From positions 1 through 33,458 of the forward strand of contig NW_021832086.1 of the NCBI RefSeq assembly GCF_006345805.1: a DNA stretch of 33,458 nucleotides. The letters run 5' to 3'. The stretch is from Octopus sinensis. Taxonomy: Eukaryota. Position numbers and translations under genes: made by a program. Each line of letters starts with the position of its first letter. Position 1 is the first letter of the stretch. The notes under the pieces were generated by a model. It did no database searches and was not told the DNA's origin. It saw nothing but the letters and a program-made list of their open reading frames with translations. Positions 10,433-22,813 of the stretch are shown here, piece after piece.

Positions 10433-10790
10433 ATGTATGTATGTATGTATGTATGTATGTATGTTGTATGTATGTATGTATATGTATGTATGTAAGTATC
10501 TAAATATACATAAACATGTACGCATATATATATAAATATATATATATATACAAACACATATATGTATATATATATATATATATATGTGCGTATTTATCAA
10601 TATATCAATGTATATATAAAACATACATATGTATATAAATATATATAAACATAAGTAATATATAATGATGCATACAAACATATATATATATATATATATT
10701 GATACGTAAATACATATTCATAGACGCACATACATACTCACAAATATATATGTGGGAGGGCGTCTGTGTGTATATGTGTATGTGTGTGTA
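10355..10790. repeat. Compound (ATAAT)/(AT)/(GT)/(ATGT) microsatellite tract
   Basis: Seen directly. Confidence 0.9.
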
Positions 10791-11269
10791 TAGAGACACA
10801 TGCATGCACAACAATCCATCAGAGATATATTTTGTATGTATATTTAGTCACATTTATCAGTAGAAGCATTAGTGCATTGCAATCCAGTTACATACTCATA
10901 AAAGATGCAAAATACACACAGGGATATATATATATATATATATACGTATATATAACGGGTGTATAAATAGCAACATGACAATATATCATGAAATAGCTTA
11001 CTAATGCCAGTCCAGCTATTCTTGCAGATTTTCTTTCATATTCTCGATATTCCCTGTGACAACACACAGACACAGACACCCACACGAATACACACGCACG
11101 CGCGTGTATATATATGATATGGAAGTTATGAAGCTACATTACTGCCTATGGGTCTAGCGTTCCATGTGACATTTCGCAAATAATAAATCACATCTTTGCC
11201 TCTCTCTATCTGTCCTTCATTTTATTAGCACTTACTCACACATGTATATATTTATACACCCCCCACATA

Positions 11270-11430
<161 letters not shown>

Positions 11431-12198
11431 TTTTAAAACATACAAATTTCCACACGAAAGCAAGTAATCTATGCCCTAGGCACGTAACTTCAACCGTGTT
11501 TTTTTCTGATGTGAATTTGCTACCCAGGTATCGGTTAATTCGTATTATCCTTAATAAGATAATTCATTCAACTACTCAAATATATATTATATATATATAT
11601 ATATATGGTAACAAACGTATAATTTTCATCACTTAAATTCGTGTTTGGTCGCTATCATATTTAGATAAGATAATGATACAAGAAGAAAGAATTTTTTTAT
11701 ATCTAATATCGGTACAATTATTAAAATCTTTGTACAGTAGATAGGCTTGCTCTGATCCAATGTGGTGCCGACTTAGATACTAACCGATATATAAAAAAAT
11801 ATATACTGCTTTATTATAAGCGCATACATCACATAAAACCTGAAATTGCTCACAGTCAGCATGCACATCTTAAACTTTTAACCCTAGTAGGTACACCGCT
11901 AGTTTCTTCTCTTTCCTCGCAATCGAATATCTATTGCTTTCTTCTGCGTAGTTTCTACTTTTGTTTTATTTTCTTTTGATTTATGTGTCCTAGATTAAGA
12001 ACTGTATTTTCCCCTTCGTAGATGGAGGAAGTTTTATATATTAACCCTCATGAGCAAGTAAATATCCAATTTTGATTAATAACTTACTGTGAACGTCCTC
12101 CTTGTAGCACTAGAAATATTGAAGGGTAGTGGGAGTCTCTTTGAACACCTTAGGATATCACATGACACACTAGGTTGCCTCTACAGGTATTAGATACT

Positions 12199-12430
12199 AA
12201 GGCGGCGAGCTGGCAGAAACGTTAGCACGCCGGGCGAAATGCTTAGCGGTATTTCGTCTGTCGTTACGTTCTGAGTTCAAATTCCGCCGAGGTCGACTTT
12301 GCCTTTCATCCTTTCGGGGTCGATAAATTAGGTACCAGTTACGCACTGGGGTCGATGTAATCAACTTAATACCTATGTCTGTCCTTGTTTGTCCCCTCTG
12401 TGTTTAGCCCCTTATGGGTAATAAAGGAAT
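12199..12430 (+). mobile_element. Family B tRNA-derived SINE, full length, with target-site duplication
   Basis: Same structure as 7801-8031; flanked by AGGTATTAGATA at 12185-12196 and 12431-12442. Confidence 0.94.
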
Positions 12431-13074
12431 AGGTATTAGATATTAAAAAGCATTTTGGACACCTTTGAGAATCTTGGGATATCGGAAATGGTTGTTCTTT
12501 TTGCGCAATGTAATACTGCAGTGTGCTTTCGATTACCTGCGGTTTTCCATATTGCAGTTATGATTGAAAATGGTGGAACAATCACATTCGTTTTGCACCT
12601 GCGGCTCCTTAGCAAATTTTAATAATATCGGGCAGCTTTTTCAACAATATTTATGTGAATTTTTATTTTGACGTATACTTCTCTAATATTCTTTTTGATA
12701 AGCTGAACAAATGTAGATCAATAGCTGTAGCCTTTGTGAATCTAGATAGCTTCCTCACTCGGTTTATCAAATTAATAGCCTATCGGTTTTATATCCATGG
12801 TGTTGATTTCTCAATTGATTATTAGTGTTTCTCACAATCGGGAGATTTATTTGGCTGTATATTCTACTGAAATAATTTCAAATATTATCTGTCACATGTT
12901 AGCTCCTTTTATTAATATTTCTAACCTTTGTGAATGTGTGTGTGTGTGTATGTGTGTGTGTTTGTGTGTGTAGTCTTGCATTTATCTCTTTATATGGTTT
13001 TGACAGTATTCAGAATATAGAAACACGTGGGTTCGGCCATTTTTCCATGTCAAGTCCAATATAAACAAAAAAGA

Positions 13075-13120
13075 AACGCACCAACATCGGTTGTCATATT
13101 TCGTGGGAGCGGGACAAACA
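13075..13120 (-). mobile_element. Small family A SINE fragment
   Basis: caccaacatcggttgtca...gggacaaaca is the reverse complement of family A tgtttgtccc...tgacaaccgatgctggtg. Confidence 0.5.
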
Positions 13121-13215
13121 CCATCACAAATACATACATACATACATATACATATATATATATGTGTGTGTGTATGTATATATATATATATATATATACA
13201 TTCACACACACGCAC

Positions 13216-13258
<43 letters not shown>

Positions 13259-14210
13259 GAGGAACAAACTCAGGAAAGGATTTCCTTCAAAGAGGTTTGT
13301 AAAAGATCCAAATATCTGGTACATCACTGGTACATCACTGGCTATAATGCAAATTACAAACAATAAATAAAAAAGCCACATACATTTGATTATCCAATAA
13401 TTTATTTATATTATAATATATTCTGATGTACGATGAATATAAAGTAAATAAATAAAGATCATTTTACTTTTAGGTACATTAAACAATCTGCTTTATATAT
13501 CAATAACTTTATTGTAGCTCTAAGTTTATCTAGATATTTATTACGGAATTCTCCCTACGATAAATTAAGTAAATAAACGACATTTTTGTTAGACTTGTCT
13601 TAATATTTATTGCGGAATTCTCCCTCCAATAAACTAAAAAAATTAAGCGCATCTTTTATTAGTTACTTTAAAGAATCTTTTTTATATCAATAACTTTAAG
13701 TAAAGAGAAGAGTTCTTATATATTACTAATATAATTTTCATTTATATTTTTACACGTTTGATTACAGTTTCTATATTAAGTAATGCCCCGTTATTTAATA
13801 TATATACCTTATACATTGTTGTATGTTATTATAACAAGAGATTGTCTTCGACCTAAACCAGTTTGGACTAATATTACTTGTGATATATAGAAATATATTT
13901 CGATAGTTGTAAATTCTCTTTATTTAGTTATTTTGTTTTGTCATAATTTGACTGTTTTTGAAGTGTAACTGTTATGTAGTTGAAAGGTTGATGCTCACGC
14001 TCATAGTATATAGGTATTTGAATTTACTTTTTTACAATCCTGCCGTTCTTTCACACGGAATCTCATCAATCCTTAAACATTAGCTCTGATGAGACTCATA
14101 TAATTGAATTGAATTTTTTATATATCAAATAACGTAGATAAATCGAAACATATTGTTGCCTTTTTTAATGAGTTTTTAATGTTACCTCCTATTATATTAT
14201 ATTCATAGTA

Positions 14211-14462
14211 TTACGTTGGTGCATAACTATTGCGGGTTTTTTTTCCGCAAATGTTATTCAACATAAACAATTACATGTAACAAAAACATCTTTAAATGAT
14301 TATTTTGGAGCATGTTCACCACATTCTTCAATTACTGTTTCCCATTTGCTTGGCAAAGGGTCAGACCATCATTTAAAGAAGTTTATGTTAAATATTGTTA
14401 TTGGTTTTGTTGAATAAAATTTGTTGAACACAAAAAGACGCAATAATTATGCACCAACCCAA
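14211..14462 (-). mobile_element. Mariner (Tc1/mariner) internal-deletion derivative, 252 bp
   Basis: TIRs ttacgttggtgcataactattgcgggttttt (14211-14241) and aaaaagacgcaataattatgcaccaacccaa (14432-14462), resembling the Hsmar1/MADE1 TIR, with TA on both flanks. Minus 14356..14300 encodes LPSKWETVIEECGEHAPK*, like the mariner LPxRWxxVxxxxGxY C-terminus. Confidence 0.85.
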
Positions 14463-14544
14463 TATTTTTTGTTATATTATAGTATAAATAAATTATTGGA
14501 CATTCAGTTGTATGTCTCTATTCAATTTATTGTTTATATACATA

Positions 14545-14672
14545 TATGTGTGTCTGTGTGTATGTATGTATGTATGTATGTATGTATGTATGTATGTATG
14601 TATGTATGTATGTATTTATGTATGTATGTATGTATGTATGTATGTATGTGTATACGCACATATACACACACA
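14545..14672. repeat. (ATGT)n microsatellite
   Basis: Seen directly. Confidence 0.95.
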
Positions 14673-15790
14673 TATATTCTCGTACGACGTAAAATCTGCA
14701 GAAAACAGAATGTTGTAGGTAAGAAACAAGATATATTATTTTATGCAGAATAGATAACTCTATTTGGGAAAAGAAAAACTGCTATATACAACGCTAGTCT
14801 TGTTTCCTTAAACAGAATTTCGTTCAATAACTTGTTGAAGGGAACTAGCATGTATTGGGAAGAATCATTCTCTTTCGACATATGCACACACATGCCCACA
14901 GCCACTCACGCAAAAAAATAACTCTTTGTGTTTGTATGTGTGTGTATATGTGCATCTATGTCTGTGTTTCCTGTGTATGAGAGAGTTGATGCGTCTCAAA
15001 TCTGTGCAATGTAATTTACGTCGACAGAAATTTACATGATTGCACATGAAAAAGTTTGAAATATTTCTATTGCCCTTAACCTTCTTGCTAAAGTAAATTG
15101 GTAATATTTACTTATATATACACATTTTTTTCGGCTCTTTTTTTCTGGTATTAATTTATTGACATTAAATATTGGATGCACATGACATCTATGATTAATT
15201 TATTTGTTATCACCTTTTTTCCAGGCCAACATTTTTTAGGGCAATAAAGTCTGGTTGCTTCGTCGATTAAATTCCGTTTCCACAGGCACGAAAATTCAGT
15301 GCTTGCTAAATACCTACCTTTCCTAAAATATTACTTAAGTGAATCTAATGCACATTAGTTTAACGTATCGGAAACACACCATAAAGCAATTTGTTGAGTG
15401 AAATGGTTCTTGTACATATGTGCAGATCTTCGTTTCTGTTTCTTCTTCTTTTTGTGCAGTTTTATTATTTTTTTGTAGTTCTTAAAATATCCTGTTATGT
15501 GAGATATCAAGATTCTGTTCAACATAGGTATGAGAGTGGACTCTTGTGAGTAACGGATCCATCTATTACATATCAATGTGCTTATCTATCTTATATATTT
15601 ATGTATTTGCCTGTGTATCTACCTCTTTATTTACCTTTTCTCTCTCTCTCTCTCTCCATTTCTCTCTACCTATTCTCTCTTTCTGTTTCTCTCCCTTTGT
15701 GTCTTAATGTGTTTCTTGTTTCTTTACACATCATTTTCTGCTTGGCTTAAAGTGTTAGAATTAGCAGGCAAATAGACAAATACATATGTA

Positions 15791-15858
<68 letters not shown>

Positions 15859-16208
15859 ATATATACTGTATATTTCTGGAGAGGGTAAGATGTTAAGTAC
15901 TGAGACAGAAAGAATAAATTGAGGAGTGACAATGAAGCGAGAAAATGGGCTCAAAAGAAGATTCAACTGGAAAATACCACGAGTCTACTTAAAAGTGAGG
16001 TCGGGCAGATTCCATGTTCAATATATGAATCAACGATCGTACTGTGTATTATGAGCTCGCTTTCATTTCCATGGAAGTATAAATAGAATGTTCCGAATCT
16101 CATACTTTGCTGAAGTACTGAACGATAAGTTAGTAATTTTCTTTCGATTAAAAACAGATTTTCGTGAATATCTGTTCATGTTTCTACTTTGGTGAATAAA
16201 AATGGATT

Positions 16209-16420
16209 GCAAATTTTGGTACAAGGCGAGCAGTTTCGTTGGATGTGATTCAAACGATTATATCGATTCCAATGCTCAGCTGGTATTTATTTTATCGACC
16301 CCGAAAGGACGAAAGACAAAGTTGAATCCGGTGTCATTTCAACTTGTAGTGTAAAGATGGACGATATGCCGCTAAGCATTTTGCCCGATGATGCGCTGAC
16401 GACTCTGCCAGCTCGACTCC
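16209..16420 (-). mobile_element. Family B/C tRNA-SINE, diverged, near full length
   Basis: ctggtatttattttatcgaccccgaaaggacgaaagacaaagttga and ctgccagctcg are reverse complements of the family B centre and head. Confidence 0.8.
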
Positions 16421-16479
16421 TTCTGAAGCCGATGATGTTGGTTTCAAATGTTGATACAAATCCAATCCAGTGACTCTGG

Positions 16480-16625
16480 TGAAGAGGAGTGGAAGTCAGT
16501 TACATCAGCTCCAGTCTTCAGCTGGCACTTATGTTATCGAACACGAGAGGAGGAAAAGCAAAGTCGACCTTAGCGGCATTTCATCACAAAACATGAAGAC
16601 GGACCGGTGTGCTACCAGCTTGCCG
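16480..16625 (-). mobile_element. Family B/C tRNA-SINE, diverged and internally deleted
   Basis: ctggcacttatgttatcgaac..gcaaagtcgaccttagcggcattt..accagcttgcc matches family B in reverse orientation. Confidence 0.7.
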
Positions 16626-17048
16626 TTTTCAAACGCGGAAAATATTGAGTCCGGTAAATGCTATCTCTATAAGCATTTTCCATAACACCTAGACATAACA
16701 ACCAACTTTATTTACAAAAGACGACCCGATGTCTTTAAAAAAAGTCATATTTTCCCTCTATCATCAAGTTTTATATCAGTGTGACCCTTTTTCTAGAAAA
16801 ATGCTCTGACAACAGTGTCCCTCAATACCGTTGGTCTTACTGAGCACCCTGACACCAATCCAGGGTAGTTCTGCGTTCCTGCGCTGAGGTGGATTGTTAT
16901 CAGGTATGCTAGTCAACCCATACATGGGGCCCTGCAGGAAACAATAGGTGTTAAGGTGTGCTTCCTCTTTCCTAAAATCTTGGAACTTCCGAATCAGCGC
17001 TCCACTACTGGGTACAATTTCAAGTCATATACAGAACAGCTATTAATG

Positions 17049-17473
17049 CATACATACATGCATGCAAGCATACATACATACATACATACATACATACATA
17101 CATACATACATACATACATACATGCATGCATGCATGCATGCATACATACATACATACATACATACATACATACATACATACATACATACATACATACGTG
17201 TCCATGTATACATAGACATAGACATACCAAGATGTGCTTCTTGTTGTTTTCTATGCAAGCATACATACATACATACATACATACATACATACATACATAC
17301 ATACATGCATGCATGCATGCATGCATACATACATAAATACATACATACGTACATACATACATACATACATACATACATACATACATACATACATACATAC
17401 ATACATACATACATACGTGTCCATGTATACATAGACATAGACATACCAAGATGTGCTTCTTGTTGTTTTCTAT
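17049..17473. repeat. Tandem duplication of an (ATAC)n/(ATGC)n block plus a 57-bp unique tail
   Basis: Units 17064-17254 and 17255-17473; the unique 57-mer is identical at 17198-17254 and 17417-17473. Confidence 0.92.
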
Positions 17474-17751
17474 AGTTTAACATTCGCTAGAAAATTATAT
17501 AAAGACGCACAGTGAGTTATTCATTTTCCGCTACGTTCCAGAAATATATGGCGAGAAGTGTTTCAAATCACACGCTTATGATAGATAAGCCGTATTTAAA
17601 TATGCAGTATTAGATGGAAAATGTTCGTGAAAGAATCAAAGCTGGAAAACATATGATATGTTTTCACGTGCCGTTCTAACTAAATAATTAGAGAACTAAC
17701 TCCAAATGGCAGAGAAATGCAACGATTTGTTTTCAGAAAGCCGTCCATGTT

Positions 17752-18043
17752 TCGTTTCAGTCATTTGACTGCGGCCATACTATGGTACAGCCTTGGTCAA
17801 ACTTTAGCCAAATGAATCGACGCCAGTACGTTTGTTTGTAAAACCTCTACTTATTCCATGGAGCCCTTATGCCTATGGGATAGGTGACATCTTTCAATTT
17901 CCGTCTATCAAATCCACTGACAAGTCTTTGGTTAGCCCGTGCTAATAGAAGAGAAATGCTGAAGGTGCCACGCAGTGGGACTGAATACGGAACTATGTGG
18001 TTGCGAAGAAAGATTCTTACCACATGACAACACTCGCACCTAT
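17752..18043 (-). mobile_element. Family A SINE, diverged, with the internal linker region deleted
   Basis: gtttcagtcatttgactgcggccat (3' end) through aaggtgccacgcagtgggactgaa..cttaccaca (head), reverse orientation. Confidence 0.85.
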
Positions 18044-18299
18044 GAATATATAATTAGCATCATCACTGGTTTCTACTGAATTAGTACAAGACCACGCAGG
18101 AGTCGCAATTTCATTGGTCCCCAACTATTTACCATAGTGATCTATATTTTTAAAAAAGTCATATTTCTCCTAAAAATGCTTCGTTGCTTTATTTGATAAT
18201 AGATTACAAAATTACCGAAAATTTTTTTCTAAAAACTACAAGCTAAAAATTTTGTGAGTAGTGGTGGATATTCGACTACTGTGTGTTTTCTGTAAATGG

Positions 18300-18560
18300 T
18301 GCACTGCATATAGATTATATTATAAAATATTCATGAATATTTTATAGTTTCACAAATATTTTAGTTCTAAAACAAAAAAGCGATGCATATACAATAAACA
18401 AGTTTAGAATGATAATGCGTATTAAAATCTGATACCACCCACGAAGTGGTAATCGATATTCTATGCGGTCTATCAAGCAGCGAGAATTACAACCCAATTG
18501 TCCATCAAAATTTGACCAAAAATTATTTGCGTTGCGTATATCAGATATTATGAGCGTCAT
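18300..18560 (-). mobile_element. Possible decayed mariner transposase C-terminal relic
   Basis: Minus strand has LG(W)-like ttgggttg and gattaccactt (DYH), spaced roughly as in mariner LGWEVL..PSDYHLF; many stops. Confidence 0.3.
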
Positions 18561-18779
18561 TGTACTTTTCCCGGAGAAAGGTGGACGGAAAACTTAGAAA
18601 CAAAATGCATGTAATAATAGATCTTCTCTGTAAGTGCAGACAGACAACTAAAAGCATCAGGAACAACTTAGTACTTTGTTCCCATCAGGAAATCTCAGAT
18701 GGAATTAGCTGGCATACAAATGCAATTCATAAATTATCAGATGCAAGTATAATGAATCTTATGATGTTACCACACCGTG

Positions 18780-18890
18780 TGAACATAAGAATTTAGCTGA
18801 AATTCTCAATTTCAAGGCAATATATGTTTGAATCAATATCAACTTCTACTTCTACAACAAGAGTTGCTGTCGTGTGGAATAAATTGGAGT
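18780..18890 (+). mobile_element. Possible decayed CR1 ORF2 C-terminus
   Basis: Translates to TTRVAVVWNKL, resembling the CR1 FFxxRVxxxWNxLP motif; the proline is absent. Confidence 0.3.
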
Positions 18891-19139
18891 TAATATCGAT
18901 TCAAAGACCGAACTACGCACGCAAGTACACACATACATTCACACATGCGCACGCGTACACGCATGCATACACGTCAGCGCGCGCGCACCACACATCCGTG
19001 TCAGCGGACGCGCAGGCACACACATATGTATTTCATAAATAGTGGTTCCATGTTTTAATTGGGGAAATTCGTAGGAAACAAAGTATTGCATAAGAGTACC
19101 CGTCTGTAATTTATCACTATTTTAACAATTCATATCTTC

Positions 19140-19563
19140 GTAGTACTATACATTTATACTCCCTCTCTCTCTCCTCTCTCTATCCTTATCTATCCCTCTC
19201 ACTCTTTCTCCCTTTGTCTTTCTCTCTATATCTATCTATCTCTATCTCTCTAACTTAATCTCTATCTCTCTCACACACACATACACACATATTGCACATA
19301 TATATATATATGTATATATGAGTGTATAGATAGATACATAAATAGATATAGTTGTATATGGATATACGCACATACTGATATGCATATATGCAAATATACA
19401 CATATACGTATGTGAGTATAAATTTTACATGTGTCCGTATTGGTACATGTATTTGCACATACAAATTAAAATTGAAAGAATTATTAAATCTGATAATATC
19501 ATGAAAGATATAGAGACTCAACGTACTTATGAAGTTGCGTGTTTCTACATACAAATACTTCAG

Positions 19564-19598
<35 letters not shown>

Positions 19599-19628
19599 TA
19601 TATATATATTTATATATACATACATGTT

Positions 19629-19662
<34 letters not shown>

Positions 19663-19679
19663 AGTACATATATTTATAT

Positions 19680-19739
<60 letters not shown>

Positions 19740-19760
19740 AAATATGTATATGTATCTATT
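19140..19760. repeat. Compound (CT)/(ATCT)/(AT)/(GT) low-complexity tract
   Basis: Seen directly; source of ORFs at 19255 and 19429. Confidence 0.9.
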
Positions 19761-20039
19761 TGCCTATGTTAAAATGCGTATGGTCGCCTGCTTCTTTATA
19801 TGTACACATGTATGTGTTTGTGTGTCGTGTGTGTATGTCCATGTGTATAGGTTTATGTGTAATACAAACATGTATATGACCGCACATTTATACAAATTTC
19901 AGTACATATTTACCTATATAAACTTACCTGTGCATACATGTTCTTTCCCGTTAGGTTGTGTCTCTGATTTACCAATAAAAAAAAAACTAGATGCGCTTGT
20001 TACAATAGATAATTACAGAGAAAGTATCATCAGTGTATA

Positions 20040-20500
20040 ATGAACAGCGGAAATATCCGAAATATCAACAACAACGCTGGTAATAACAAAATTAAGAACG
20101 ACAACAATAGAAATAATCTCAAAATCTTCATCGTTATGATCACTAGCATCTTCATCAATATTATTCCCCTCATTATCAGTCACAATTACCGTAACCTTTA
20201 TGATTATCATAGTTGCAACATCACCAGCATGATTGTAATGTTATCGCTCCATCACCGGCACCAACACCACCGCCATTAGCGTCATCATCATCAACAACGT
20301 TATTGTCACCGACGTCCCTTTCACCATCGTCGTCGTCGCCAAAGTCGTCGTCGTCCTCATGATCGTCATCGTCTTAACCAACGTTACGGACGGCATAGTT
20401 AATGCGAATGACAATAGGCAGAACATCAAAAACAACAGCAACATGAAGAACAAAACCAACAACAACAACAATAACAGCAACGATGATGACAACAAAAGCA
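20040..20500. repeat. Degenerate (CAT)/(CGT)/(AAC) trinucleotide tract
   Basis: Old, interrupted triplet repeats. Confidence 0.8.
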
Positions 20501-20571
20501 GATACAAAAAACGAAAACGCTATATGTGTAACAAACATCGCTTACTAAGAGGCGAAAATATTTCCCATAAA

Positions 20572-20937
20572 TCTTTATATATAAAAGTGAAGTTGTGCGT
20601 CTGTCTCCTACGATTTAGATTCCTAACAGTTTGCGGTGAAGTTTAACGAAAACCGGGTATCTTATAGTCGTGATTCATATCGAGCCCTTCTGGGTATTAG
20701 CGCGCATCTACGCATCTACCATCATTTTTTTCCATTTTAATGCATTTTTTCGCTATTATATAAGGGAAGTAACTCTCTAAAATTGTGTACGATGAGTCAG
20801 CGATTTTTAAAAAGATTTACCATCATTTTTTTCCATTTTTAATGCATTTTTTGGCTACTTTTGGGCTATAACTCTCTAAAAATGCTTATATAGTTATTTC
20901 CCTTACAAACCTGAGCAACGCCGGGCGATACTGCTAG
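20572..20937 (+). mobile_element. Complete non-autonomous Helitron, 366 bp
   Basis: Starts TC (tctttatatataaaa) after A20571 and ends CTAG (20934-20937) before T20938, with no TSD. Imperfect GC-rich hairpin cctgagcaacgccggg (20910-20925) lies 8 nt upstream of CTAG. Internal direct repeats with about 101-bp period. Confidence 0.88.
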
Positions 20938-21470
20938 TTACAAATAAAGTTAATAAGATAAATGCAAAAAAAATAAATTAAACAATCAACATCAAAACAA
21001 ACGGTAAACATAAACATACAGAGCCGAAAAGAGGTAGCGGTGGTGGTGATATGTGGTGGGATAACGAAAATCAGGAGTGACTGAGAACTGAGTACTTAAT
21101 GAACTGTGTATCTGTCAGCGGTTTGTCAGTTTTGTAGTCGCCATTTTAATAGAACAAGAGAAAGGAATTGAAGTTTCGAGGACAGTTTGTGGCCACAGCT
21201 GTCATGAATATGAGCGCCTGTGAAACTGTGTGTGTGTGTACACACGTATGCATAAGGAGAGTGTGTGAGCCTCTATATGTGTGTGTGTGTATGTTTTTGT
21301 GTGTGTGTTTATGTAAGTTTGATTATCTGTCTATAATGCAGTAACAAGAAAAATGACAACGATGATTGTTCGAGACATGTTGAACAACCTTACGTTCATA
21401 TGTAGAAAATGTCTAACACATGAATGCCAGTCCTGAAGTGTAAATTAGTTTTCTTATCTCGAGCTAAATA

Positions 21471-21523
21471 CTAATAATAAATAATAATAATAATAAATAA
21501 TAATAATAAATAATAATATAATA

Positions 21524-21569
<46 letters not shown>

Positions 21570-21655
21570 AATACTAATAATAGTAATGATAATAATAATA
21601 AATAATAATAATAATGATAATGATAATAATAATAATAGTAATGATAATAATAATA

Positions 21656-21696
<41 letters not shown>

Positions 21697-21957
21697 TAAT
21701 AACAATAATAATGATGATAATGATAATTATAATAATAATAATGATGATGATGATGATGATGATTTTGATGATGATGGTGATGATGATGATAATATAATAA
21801 TAATAACAATAATAATAATAATAATAATAATGATAATAAAAATAAGAATAATAAAAGTAAAAATTATAATAATGATAATGATAATTATAAAAATAATAAT
21901 GATGATGATGAAGAAGAAGAAGAAGAGAAGAGGAAGAATGACAACGGCGACGACGTC

Positions 21958-21993
<36 letters not shown>

Positions 21994-21995
21994 AA
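21471..21995. repeat. (AAT)n then (GAT)n/(GAA)n trinucleotide array
   Basis: Seen directly. Confidence 0.96.
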
Positions 21996-22009
21996 TTCTT
22001 TAATTCTGC

Positions 22010-22392
22010 GACTTGTTTCAGTCATCTGACAGCGGCCATGCTGGAGTAGCACCTTTAGTCGGGCAATTCGTCCCCACGACTTATTCTTTGAAAGCCTTGT
22101 GCTTATCCCCTTTTGCCAGACCGCTAAGTTACGGGGACAAATACAGGCACACAAACACACACACACCCAGAAGGCATATATACGTATATATACATTATAT
22201 TATATTATATCATATTATATATATATATATATATACACGACGGGTTTCTTTCAGCTTCCGTCTACCAAATCCACTCGCAAGGCTTTGGTCAGCTCGAGGC
22301 TATATAAAAGACATTTGCCCATGGTGCCATGCAGTATGACTGAACCCAGAACCATGTGGCTGGTAAGCAACCTACTTACCACACAGCCACTC
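22010..22392 (-). mobile_element. Family A composite SINE, inverted, with a partial internal deletion
   Basis: acttgtttcagtca..gcggccatgctggag (tail) through cttaccacacagccactcc (head); internal (AC)/(AT) linker. Confidence 0.92.
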
Positions 22393-22393
22393 C

Positions 22394-22444
22394 AATGATG
22401 ATGGTGATGATGACGACAACGACGATGACGACGACGACGACGAC

Positions 22445-22515
<71 letters not shown>

Positions 22516-22522
22516 CGATGAT
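22394..22522. repeat. (GAT)n/(GAC)n array
   Basis: Seen directly; contiguous with the 3' end of SINE D. Confidence 0.96.
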
Positions 22523-22813
22523 GTTACCCTCCGAGGCACAAGTCAAAGCAATGTTGTTTGTGGCAGACCAGCAGTCATCCATGCATACTGGCCTCCCTGC
22601 TCCACGACACCAATGTTATCCAAGGGAAAAGCAAAGGGGCTGATACAGCTTGGCACCTGTGACTTCGCAACTCATTTCTACAGCTGAGTGAACTGGAGCA
22701 ACGGGAAATAAAGTGTCTTGCTCAAGAATACAACATGCAGCCCGGTCCGGGATTCGAACTCACAATCTCGCGATCGTAAGCTCGAAGCTCTAACCACTGA
22801 GCCATGCGCCTTC
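22523..22813 (-). mobile_element. Family D tRNA-derived SINE with a CORE-like box
   Basis: Minus strand: GGCGCATGGCTCAGTGGTTAGAGC (A box), GAGTTCGAATCCC (B box), then ttcttgagcaagacacttt (similar to the CORE start ccttgggcaagtcactt), ending in (ATC)n. Confidence 0.88.

Noticed and set aside
12450-12900. Possible decayed LINE RT on the minus strand (QHG-like and PQ-like words)
   Set aside because: Motifs are too eroded and not in a consistent frame.
14081-14160. CTGATGAG...CGAAAC-atatt-GTT hammerhead-like words
   Set aside because: Core words and a 3-bp stem III are present, but stem II has about 2 bp across roughly 50 nt and stem I barely pairs. Not distinguishable from chance in AT-rich DNA.
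16797-16903. Acceptor/donor pair on the + strand in a GC-richer patch
   Set aside because: All three frames contain stops; no homology recognised.
13534-17473. Spaced direct repeats (13534/13603 and 17198/17417) as a CRISPR-like array
   Set aside because: Only two units each, eukaryotic context, spacers are microsatellite or AT-rich, and there are no cas genes.
21133-21148. YY1-like gtcgccatttt (also NRF1-like tgcgcatgcgt near 884-894)
   Set aside because: Single short motifs are expected by chance, with no CpG-rich promoter context or downstream exon.
22740-22813. tRNA-like sequences here and at 449, 4156, 7801, 12199 and 32900-32979
   Set aside because: A and B boxes continue into SINE bodies and no full cloverleaf acceptor stem is evident. 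These are SINE heads, not tRNA genes.
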